Assembly (NCBI GenBank): GCA_951406725.2
Contig: OX597827.1
Span: 58,032,001 to 58,096,000 of the forward strand
DNA length: 64,000 bases
Source of the DNA: Octopus vulgaris
Taxonomy: Eukaryota
Direction: 5' to 3'
A model generated the notes under the pieces. That model searched no databases. It saw nothing but the letters and a program-made list of their open reading frames with translations, and was not told the DNA's origin. Of this stretch, positions 54,037 to 64,000 are shown piece after piece. Each line of letters starts with the position of its first letter. The stretch's first letter is position 1. Made by a program: the position numbers and the translations under genes.

Positions 54037-55270
54037 ATTTTTGTTCGTGTATGTATTACTTAATATGAGCAAAAATTCTTGTCAATCTATTCTTTTGATT
54101 TTGTTATGAAATTGGTATTTTTGTATGAGAATGTGGAGTAAAAGTATAGGACTGCCAGCAGTAATAGGAAGTTGACAGAAAGAAATATATAGATATAATT
54201 CAAACTGTTCCATGTACTTAAGATACTTTTGCATGAATAAGCAGTTATTTTTTTGGATAGAATTCTGCAGAATTGGCATTATAAATAAATTTTTTGTGAA
54301 CATGCCCAAAATAGATCAGAGTTTGTTGAAGGAAGTTTACAGAAGAAATAACCCTGACAATACCTCTAGTTTTTATTATTATTATTATTGTGCTGGCAGA
54401 ACCATACGGAGGAATTTTTTTCATTTCTTTACATTATGAGTTCAAATTCCACTGAGGCCAACTTTTCTTATCATCCTTTTGGGGTCAATAGAATAAGTAT
54501 CAGTTCAGCACTGAAATGCCTCCCCATCGACTAGCCCCCCCCCCCCCCAATTTTAGGCCTTGTATCTGTATGAGAATGGAGTGTTGTTGTTATTAGTCAG
54601 ACCATATTTCCTTTTATTTCCATAAAATGGGCTTTCCATTGCTTCTTATAATTCGTTGATAATATGCTGATTAATTTTGGGGATGTTAATTCTCACATAT
54701 TGTAGCATTGTTTCATATAATCATTGTGAATTTTAGCTGCAATTCTGATGTATCAATTTGGAAATTAAAACTTACATCTCTTTAAGAGACATAGTTCTTG
54801 GTAGAAATTGTTGCTTTATAAAGACGCTTATGAATGTTTCATATGTTCACAGAGTGAATTAAGATTACAGGACCTTCTTTTGAAATTTTTGACTTTACCC
54901 CACATCCAGTCTACACTGTAAAAACCATACAAAACTGACCTCACCTATATTGGTGCCACCTAAAAAGTACTCAGTTCACTCTGTGGGTTGGTTGGTGTTA
55001 GGAAGAGCATCCAGCCATAAAAACCATGCCAAATTAGACACACACCCAAGTTTATGAATATTTTTCTCCCTTTAATTTGTCTATTGTTCAAATCAAATTT
55101 GGATTATCTTCCTCTTTATCAATTATTTATATATACAAAATAGATGAGGAGCTTAACAGAGAGAAAAACTCTTCTTTCTGTTAGTTTCATTTACTGCTAT
55201 GAAGTTTGAAGTTCTCTTTTCTTTTTTTATAAATTGAAGGATTTAAAATTTTTTATCTTTTTGAGCTTAC

Positions 55271-56448
55271 CAGAGGATGGGATATGACATACAGATTGCT
55301 ATATATTTAGGATCTTTTCCTTTTGACCTACAGATTTAAAAAATAATTTTTTGTAACTATACTCTTTCAAACTTCGTATACTGGGAGAATGTGTCATATA
55401 AAACGCCTTTTACTCCTAGCATTTTTGAGAAAAGTTTATGTTTATAAAGTTATTTCATATTGAAGTTCTCATATTTGTGTAATTTCAACCAACCAATGAC
55501 GTGTATTCAGCTGAATAAAATTACTGCCATTGTTTGTCAACAACTATCGGTGGTGTATTTTTCATTTGTCACTGTTATTTATGACATTGTTTATGCATTT
55601 GTACTGGTTTTAGCTTTAAGGTTTTAGGGTTAGGGTTTTACGGTTAGGGTTAAGGTTTTAAGGTTAGGGTTAGGGTTGTAATAAATAACTGACAAACGAA
55701 ATAACTTTATAAACATAAACTTTTCTCAAAAACGCTAAAAGTAAAAAGTGTTTTATATGACACATTCTACCAGTATACGAAGTTTAGTTACAAAAAATTA
55801 TTTTTTAAATCTGTTGGTCAAAAGGTAAAGATCCTATATTTAAGCTTGTTGTTTGTGTCTTTTACACACTACAGTTTCATACAAGTACTAAACAGTTTTT
55901 AGATTATATCTTTCATTTACTTATTGTTTAATTAACAGTAAGAATAATTGTGTTTATGCTTTTGAGTTTCATTTGATAGATGTAAGCTGCTTTGGTATTA
56001 GAGAATAGCTACAATATGATCCTGAGTTATAATTATTACCTTGTGTACTTTGATCAAATATTTGTGTATTTTGATCAAATATTTTTACAAAATCCTTTAA
56101 TAAACAGGTGTCTGTTTTATTACATGATAAGTGTTACTAAGAACAGAGGATGGGATCTGACATAGAGATTGTTATATATTTACGCCTGTTGTTTGTATTG
56201 TTTACACTCTTCAGTGTCACACAAGTACTAAACAGTTTTTAGATTATGTCATTTATTGACTTATTGTTTAATTAACAGTAAGAATAATTGTGCTTATGCT
56301 TTTGAGTTTCATTTGATGGATTTAAGCTGCTTTGGTATCAGAATAGCTACGATATGATCGTGAGTTGTAATTATTACTCTGTGTACTTGAAGAAATATTT
56401 TGATAGAATATTTTTACAAAACCCTTTAATAAACAGGTGTTACTAAGA
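55271..56448 (+). repeat. Diverged tandem duplication; copy A (55271-56143) carries an insertion that copy B (56144-56448) lacks
   Basis: Both copies start CAGAGGATGGGAT and end GTGTTACTAAGA. Confidence 0.95.
55310..55834. mobile_element. Long-TIR foldback (possibly Mutator-like) element with internal TTAGGG repeats
   Basis: Arms at about 55310-55456 and 55698-55834 (GGATCTTT...AAAGATCC), 8-bp TSD TATATTTA, and a degenerate TTAGGG array at about 55616-55677. Confidence 0.9.
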
Positions 56449-56941
56449 GCATCTAATTTCCGTGAAAATAGATCCATCCGGAATACAAATATGTTAATTC
56501 TAACACTCAGTTGAATTGTACAACAGTGTTACACATACAAACCCCCCAGCACCTCCCCGACAGACAGGTGGGCAGGCAGGCAGACAAACAGGCAGCAAAT
56601 CTTTAAGTCATACATTACAAATGACTGCAGTATTTAGAACCATAAAAACCTGCAAAACCTTCTTGAGGTTTAAAGGATGATGACCAAAACAAGATGCTTT
56701 CCTTTACGATCTTGCTACCAAGTAGGTGGCTAATCAACATTTACTCTAGATTAAAAATGGGAAAGAGAGCAACATATTAATTAACTTTTGCAAGATAACA
56801 GTTGACAGTGACCAGGGTTTCAGCTTGATTGCCTTCATCAAGCAGGCTACCTGAAACTTTGAAGTCACTCTCAACCTTTTCTCTGTTAAAGTTAATAAAT
56901 GTGTACTCTTCTGAAAAGTATTGAGTAGTCCTTCGATTTAA

Positions 56942-57153
56942 CCCTTTTGTTACCATGCTTCTGTTGAAACACACTGCTTTTAATTTCAGTTAATTTTGAA
57001 AATAATAAAGAATGTAGTAAAATAAGTTTGTTATATTAAGCTACTGTTTGAAATATAAATTAAGAAATTTTGATGGAAGGTTTTAATTTGAATCACCTTA
57101 AAATAGGAAGTTTGTATCTCAGGTGGCTTCAGACGGTTTGGTATCAAAAAGAG
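56942..57153. mobile_element. piggyBac-like MITE
   Basis: TTAA|CCCTTTTGTTACC ... GGTATCAAAAAGAG|TTAA. Confidence 0.75.
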
Positions 57154-57477
57154 TTAATGTTAAATTGTTTTTATATATAACCCCGTATAAAAACAAACAT
57201 TAATTTATGTAAACCTACATGGTAAACATAGAAACAAGGAAAATTTAACTATTTCTCTGTATATAATAATTCATCATCATCATCATTTAGTGTCCGCTTT
57301 CCATGCTAGCATGGGTTGGACAATTGTATATATATAAAGATATGTTTATGTGTGTATACATGCATATATATATATATACATACATATACATATATATACA
57401 TACATATACATATATATATATATATACATACATATATATACATATATATACATATACATATATATATACATATATAT

Positions 57478-57534
<57 letters not shown>

Positions 57535-57581
57535 GTGAATTGAAGAAATGGAGCTGAACGCAGATTGAACAGAAATCGTTT

Positions 57582-57675
57582 TATTTCATTCTACACGTGT
57601 TTCGAAAGGCACAATTTACCAAAATCCGATTGAATAATGGGACCATATTGTGTCTTTCTCTTCAGGAAGAAAATA
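57582..57675 (-). ncRNA. Type I hammerhead ribozyme motif (minus strand)
   Basis: Reverse-complement copy of 57786-57879. Confidence 0.8.
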
Positions 57676-57684
57676 GGAAATTCC

Positions 57685-57775
57685 TATTTTCTTCCTGAAG
57701 AGAAAGACACAATATGGTCCCATTATTCAATCGGATTTTGGTAAATTGTGCCTTTCGAAACACGTAGAATGAATA
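57685..57775 (+). ncRNA. Hammerhead motif with shortened stem III
   Basis: CTGAAGA at 57695-57701, GAAA at 57757-57760, then CACGTA (2 nt shorter than in the adjacent copy). Confidence 0.6.
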
Positions 57776-57785
57776 AACGATTTCC

Positions 57786-57879
57786 TATTTTCTTCCTGAA
57801 GAGAAAGACACAATATGGTCCCATTATTCAATCGGATTTTGGTAAATTGTGCCTTTCGAAACACGTGTAGAATGAAATA
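57786..57879 (+). ncRNA. Type I hammerhead ribozyme motif
   Basis: Stem I TATTTTCTTC/GAATGAAATA; core CTGAAGA (57796-57802); stem II GAAAGACACAAT/ATTGTGCCTTTC; GAAA (57858-57861); palindromic ACACGTGT; predicted GUA cleavage after 57869. Confidence 0.85.
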
Positions 57880-58082
57880 AAACGATTTCTGTTCAATCTG
57901 CGTTCAGCTCCATTTCTTCAATTCACCAATAATATTTTAATTTCAATTATCCACACCAACGCACGGTTGCAACACCATATGGTTGTACCTCCAACCGTGC
58001 TGTTTACTGCTGTGATTTTTGCTACTAAGGTATCGGTTAAACTTTTGATTAATCTACTACAAGATTATTCATCTTTCTATTT

Positions 58083-58122
<40 letters not shown>

Positions 58123-60296
58123 TATATATATATACACACACACACATATAATATAAAGTGTGAAATTACTTTAGTTTGATTTGGATTTCTAGATCCTTCC
58201 ATTTCTATTCATGTTCTAGAAATCACTTATCTATGTTTGGCATATTTTCAATATCCAGACTTTCATTTATGTACTTTCACATGTATTATATTTTCAAGTT
58301 AAAACAATCTGGCATGTTCTGACCTCTGATTGATAGTGTTAAAGATTTTTCTTATTAACACATATTGGTTTTGGCTTTGTTTTATGGTTGGATTCTCTTC
58401 CTCTCACCAATAACTCTACCAAAGTGGACTGGGTGTGTTTACTGTGCCACTAATGCTAGTGAACTTGTTCTGCTTGTTTACACTATTATTGGTTTTGTTT
58501 CAGAATATTTGATCTCATAGATGAGTTGCCATCACTCTAGCATAAGGAGTTGCATCTCAACTGAGCAGAAGTTGGCAAGGAATAAAGGGGATAGATAGAA
58601 AAGGAAAAAAGTGCATACTCAACTGCATAAGTTGCCAGTATAGATTGAGTTACTTCATGGGAGGGACTGATAGTTGTGATTGCTTTTCGAATAATTCATG
58701 CTACTAAGTTCATTTTTCTATTTTCCATGAATATAAACAGCTACTTTTGTGTCTACTAAAGTTTTACTATCTTTTGTTTGTGATTTGTTTAACAGCATGT
58801 TAACCTGATGTCAATATGTAACTCTTTCCTCAATTACTTTACTTATTGAGTCTTAAGATTCAATGTAAATGCATTATTGTTTATGGTACTGTTGCCACTA
58901 ATCTTTATTAGTTTAGTTTTTTTAAGCTGAAAAGTTAATAGTCAAAAATGACAAGGAGATATTTATATTTTGCAAAATATATATTAGCAACAGAAGCAAC
59001 AAGCTAACTGGCTTACTGTGACACTAGTGCCTGTTCTGGCACTGACAATCTATATATCACTGGTGGGGAGATGAATCACTGTTGCCTCTAGTGGTTAAGT
59101 GTCTGTCCATCATTGACAAGACCAAACAAGATTGAAATCATGTGATCTGATTGTCTTGGTGCGAGAGGTAGTGGGGATTTATCGCCCTGCTAGCAATATA
59201 AACAAAAGTGTATTTGGCACCAAAAGACCAATATGAAAGCTTTTCTCATGATAACTACCACAGTAAAGTTTGTTCTAATAGGACATCACATTTAAGTGGA
59301 GATAAATAATACCTCTCATATTTTACACTTATTGCTCTGACAACTTACCCAAGAGTATTAAAGTATTATAAGGTTGCTCAGATATAGGAACTAGAATTCT
59401 AGATCCAAAGAGAGGAAACATTTTTAATTTGTTTTGGCAAAAGTGGACCAAGGCTTCTTAATGCAATATTGCAGAAATTGGAAAGTATAATTTGTTTGGT
59501 ATCCTTTTCTTGTTCACTGGTGTTATATAAATATTGAAAGTATTTTTAGAAGATAATTGCAAAACATTTGTCAAGTAAAAAGCAATCAAGGAGTTTATTC
59601 TCTTGCTGAAATCTGCTTCTTGTATTCAAAGTGATAAGAAATTAAAGTTAGAAATGCATTTCTAAAAGGAACCCTATCAACTGCACAATCATATGTTCTA
59701 ATGGAGATACATATAACACTTTGAAATGTACAGTGAATTGCAGTAGCTAATTTTAAAAGAATGATGGAGTTTGTATGAATCTAGATATCCTTGGAAATAA
59801 AGAATGCCAAGGCACTGTATGGAATGACTGTTGTTGAGTTCATTCATGCTGCTTAGAGACCAGAAATATATCTTTGCTAACAATAGGAGTTTTTAAATAA
59901 GCTGCATATGAATATCAGTATTTCAAGAAAGATATCTTGAAAAATAAATTAGCCGTAACTTATTTAAGAAGCAAAAACTATTGTTCATATTGTGTCGCAT
60001 TTACTTTGAGACTGTAGTCTTTCATCCATTTATTGCTTTTTTCTTTTTTTTTTTGATAACTCCAGAAAATTTAATTCGAGTGTTTAACATTACAAGAGTA
60101 GATGTAATGTGTGAAAACAATAGCTCTCCTCCTGAGAATTTCACTTCCCGCTCTCAAGGGAAAATCATGAAAGATAAGTTGGAAGAACACATTATCTAGT
60201 TAAAAGGTGATATTAAAATAATAAAATATGTAAAATTGAACAGGAATTCTAAAATCTGAGCAAAAGAGTAGAGAAATGCTGTATGAATCTGCCTGG

Positions 60297-60646
60297 TAGG
60301 CAGTTATGGCTATGTGGTAAGCTTGCTTCCCAACCACGTGGTTCTGGGTTCAGTCCCACTGTGTAGTACCTTAGGCTGACCAAAGCCTTGTGGGTGGATT
60401 TGGTAGACAGAAAGTGAAGGAAGCCCATCATATATATATGTATGTATATGTTTGTGTGTCTGTGTTTGTCCCCCACCCCGCTTGATGTTGGTGTGTTTAA
60501 GTCCCTATAACCTAGCAGTTTGGCAAATGAGACCAATAAAATAAATACCAGGCTTACAAAGAATAAGTCCTGGGGTTGATTTGTTCGACTAAAGGTGGTG
60601 CTTCAGCATGGCAACAGTCAAATAACTGAAACAAAACAATAAAAGA

Positions 60647-60648
<2 letters not shown>
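60297..60648 (+). mobile_element. SINE family A, near full length
   Basis: TGGCTATGTGGTAAG...GGGTTCAGTCCCACT...CAGCATGGCAACAGTCAAATAACTGAAAC. Confidence 0.9.
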
Positions 60649-60702
<54 letters not shown>

Positions 60703-60765
60703 GTTAATAAGTATTTGTATTAATGACCTGGTGGTTTCAATGTTTACCATAGCTTTAAGAGCATC

Positions 60766-61110
60766 TTTTACTTTTCACTTTTCTAATCATGATGCTGCTA
60801 TGATGGGGCATCACCTTGAAGAGTTTACTTTAAGAAATTAACCTCACTATTTATTTTAAGTCTGGTACTCATTCTATCTGCTTCTTTTGCTGAACCACTA
60901 AGTTTCAGGAATCCAAACAAGCAACACTGGTTGTCAAGTGTTTTTGGAGGAGAAACACAATACTAAGACACACACACACACACAATGGGTTTCTTTCAGT
61001 TACCGACTACCAAATCCACTCACAAGACTTTGGTCAGCCTGTGCTCTTGTCCAAAGTGTCACACAATGGGACTGAACTCAAGACCACATGGTTGGAAAGG
61101 AAGCTTCCTA
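60766..61110 (-). mobile_element. SINE family A
   Basis: Older reverse-oriented copy about 120 bp after the previous one. Confidence 0.8.
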
Positions 61111-61503
61111 TTAAATGTTTTAGGATGATTGATGTAAGTTGTGCTTTAAAACTATTTGATTTCAGGCTCAGTGTAAATTTTTCTGGCAAATTTATCAGAA
61201 TGCATTGAGTAAAATTTTATAATTTAGTATTTCTAAAAAAATTTAAGTAACAAGGAACAATCCAAGGTTAAAGCTAAAAAATCATATGACCCAATAGATA
61301 ACTTTATTATTTATTTTACAAGTCCTTGATGACATTGCAAACTGTTTGGTTCAGTATGCAAAGAAAGATGGCTAGAAATTCAGAAGTAATGTGTTTAAAG
61401 GAAAATAACAAAGCAAAACAAAAGCAGTTTAGTTAGTAATATTCCAGATAGGTGACAGCTAACTCAAATTTCCACCTTGTTTCACATTTATGTGCTTACT
61501 CCG

Positions 61504-61559
<56 letters not shown>

Positions 61560-61569
61560 TTATATATAT

Positions 61570-62842
61570 TGGGTCATCCCATAAATAATGTTTTTTTATA
61601 CTTCTTTTATTTTTTCAAAATTAAGATAAACAAAGTTCTTCTTTAATCTAAAATATACTCTCCTTCATTTTCTACAATACTCTTCTATCTGTCTGGTAGA
61701 ATTGTAGGGGCCCTCTTCCAAAATTCCTTTGTTCATGATGAAAAATACTCGTCTAATACTTTTCTGACCTCATCTACAGAATTCATATGTTTTCTGTCCA
61801 AATGGTTTTGAAGACTGCGACATAAATGATAATCAGATGGGGCAATGTCTGATGAATATGGTAGGTGGGGCATTGTTTCCCATTTAAAATGCTCCAGCCT
61901 TTGGAATGTCATCCTCGCTGTATGTGACTGAGTATTATCCTGATGGAAGAACAACTTTCGTCTGGAAACCAAAGATGGTCGTCTTTCTTCTAGTGCTGAC
62001 TTAAGCCACTCGAGTTGTCTGCAGTAGATCTTCTTTGTTATCTTTTGATTTGGGTTTAAAAGTTCAAAGTGGACTAAACCTTTCATAATCCCACCAAACT
62101 GATAACAACACCTTATGTGGCTGAAGACCTTCTTTAGCCTGGTGTGCCTGTGTTTCTCCTTTTCCTACCCAGTGTCTTTGGTGCTTGACATTTATAGAGA
62201 ACCCATTTCTTGTCATCAGTCACTATTCTGTCCAAAAAAAGGTTCATTCGTGAGAAATGACAACAAAGAAGAGCACACATCCATTCTTTGTGCGCAATTA
62301 GACTCTGAAAGTTCATGGGGAACCCACTGACCCAATTTGCTGACTTCTCCAATGGCACGCAAGTATCAATGAATGGTTGAATGACCAGATCCAAGCTTCT
62401 CTGCTAGTTCCTCAACAGTCACGATGGGATTTTGTTCCAACATTTGCAGGGTGTCTTCAAGCTCTACAGACTTTCCAGGGTGAGGTTCATCTTCTAAACT
62501 GTAGTTTCCGGCTCAGAATTTCTGGAACTACCATTGACACTGGCTTATGCTTATTGTCTGATCCCCATATACCGCATTAATATTCCTCACAATTTCCATT
62601 GCGTTGCTGCCTTTATTGAACTCAGAAAGCAAAATATACTGAATATGTTCCTTTGTTACTTCCAACACAGCTTTGAAAAAGTAACTGTTAAAATTGAGCT
62701 GCACTCTTCAAAACTTGCACTGAGAATAAGAACAAGGTAAAATTATTACCTGCTTTTAAGTTGATGCAGGTAGTTTATCCTGTCCCCTCTGACTTTTAAT
62801 TCGTGGAATTGAAAAAAAGCCCATTATTTATGGGATGACCCA
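61570..62842 (-). mobile_element. Full-length mariner element (DD34D), inactive
   Basis: Perfect 21-bp inverted termini TGGGTCATCCCATAAATAATG, inserted in a (TA)n tract, about 1.27 kb long. Confidence 0.95.
61643..62664 (-). pseudogene. mariner transposase pseudogene
   Basis: Contains WVPHEL, IVTDDKKWVLY, and HQDN...PYSSDIAPSDYHL (D34D spacing). The start is mutated to TTG, and there are in-frame stops and frameshifts. Confidence 0.92.
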
Positions 62843-63494
62843 TAATATATATATATATATATATATATGCATATATGTATGTATATGCATGCACACGCAC
62901 ATATCATTTAAAGACTGCTTCTTTGTGCTTGCATTGGTCAGATGGAATTTGTTGAAACAGATTTTCTACAGCCCAACTCCCTTGCTGTTGTCAGCCAACA
63001 ATTGTTTTCACATAAAGTAATATTTTCCCCCCATGTCTAGATATGTTTCCATAGAATTTTGGGGATGGACGCTACTTGCATGACAGTAACACTCGTTACA
63101 ACTACCACACTATTTCATAGTAAGGAGACAGTAACACACATTCACACAGAGCCACATGTATACATATGCATATGTATACAATGGGCTTCTTTCCGTTTCC
63201 AGCTTTGAAATCCACTCAAGGCTTTGATCAGCCCAGGGCCCTCTCAACCACATGGTTCTGGGTCCTACTGCATGTGCGTGTGTGTGTTTGTGCCTATGTG
63301 TATATATGTGTATGTGCTTTACAAAATGATGAGATTGTGTACATACACACATACCAAGCCAACTTATCCCCTCCCCTGAAATTGCTGGCCTTGTGCCAAA
63401 ATACGAAACCAATATTTTGTTTTCATTTTTTTGTGCTTAAGAACAGTCTGTTGTATATGAGCTCAAAATCTGTATAGTTTGGAGTTAAATTTTA

Positions 63495-64000
63495 TCTTTT
63501 ACTTGTTTCAGTCTGTGGTCATGTCGTGCTTGAGCACTGTCTTGAAGGATTTAGTCAGACAAATTAATCATAGTATTTTTTTTTCCTTTTAACCCATATA
63601 TGCCCATTAAAAAATGAAGTCTTAAAATTTCACTGTATTTAGATTAAACGTTACGATAAGCTTTCACAATCTGGAAGAGAAGGACAGTATGCAACTGTTA
63701 GTGATAGGTATCGACTACCCACTGAACATTTCGTATGCTCATGTTCAAACAAGTAGGAGCTGATTTTGCGTTATGAAAATGCAACCAGGGGTATATATGG
63801 GTTAAGTTTGGTACTTATTCTATTGGGCACTTTTGCCAAACTGCTAAGTTATTGGGATGTAGACAAATTAACACTGGATGTCACATGGTGCAGGCGGGAA
63901 CATAACAAACACAAAGGCGCACAAAATCATTTATATGTATACACACACAGAGATATATACCTGATGGGCTTCCGCACAGTTTCCATCTACCAAATTCACT
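63495..64000 (-). mobile_element. SINE family A, interrupted by the MITE and running off the window
   Basis: TTTTACTTGTTTCAG 3' end; the sequence resumes with GGTACTTATTCTATT after 63805. Confidence 0.8.
63593..63801. mobile_element. piggyBac-like MITE nested in a SINE
   Basis: TTAA|CCCATATATGCCC ... GGGTATATATGGG|TTAA. Confidence 0.85.

Larger units (their letters stand above)
57526..58085. mobile_element. Penelope-like element terminus with inverted and partial-tandem pseudo-LTRs
   Basis: 155-bp inverted repeat (57526-57680 versus 57781-57935) plus a 100-bp partial internal copy. It carries hammerhead motifs and is flanked by (TA)n on both sides. Confidence 0.85.

Noticed and set aside
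53426-54109. ORFs of 127-211 aa rich in Y/V/C/M or H/T/I
   Set aside because: Translations of TA/TG repeats. The same applies at about 9.0-9.4, 26.3, 27.2 and 57.3 kb.
55616-55677. TTAGGG array as a chromosome end or fusion scar
   Set aside because: Short, degenerate, and enclosed within a TIR element with a TSD.
57526-57935. CRISPR array or miRNA precursor
   Set aside because: The context is eukaryotic with no repeat-spacer structure, and the long near-perfect arms plus hammerhead cores fit a Penelope-like terminus better.

Overview
AT-rich, microsatellite- and SINE-dense eukaryotic DNA, most consistent with a cephalopod (Octopus-like) genome; this assignment is inferred from repeat content. 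Almost all ORFs in the track are spurious. The core is a ~1.07 kb bidirectional promoter between two first coding exons. On the minus strand is a 32-nt REEP-family exon (24640-24609, MVSSLISRIV+AT|GTAAGT), which is absent from the ORF track. On the plus strand is a 156-nt KDM3/JMJD1C histone demethylase exon (25707-25862). Everything else appears to be intron 1 of one gene or the other; I found no second exon of either. The REEP-KDM3 pairing mirrors the vertebrate JMJD1C-REEP3, KDM3A-REEP1, KDM3B-REEP2 and HR-REEP4 linkages. The introns hold tRNA-derived SINEs, RTE and CR1-group LINE fragments, mariner (DD34D) and maT (DD37D) relics, piggyBac-, Tc1- and hAT-type MITEs, two Helitrons, and a foldback element containing TTAGGG repeats whose empty site survives next to it. 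They also hold Penelope-like remnants carrying minimal hammerhead ribozymes, including a 155-bp inverted repeat with hammerheads on both strands. Many degenerate repeat copies are not listed individually, and repeat boundaries are approximate unless stated.
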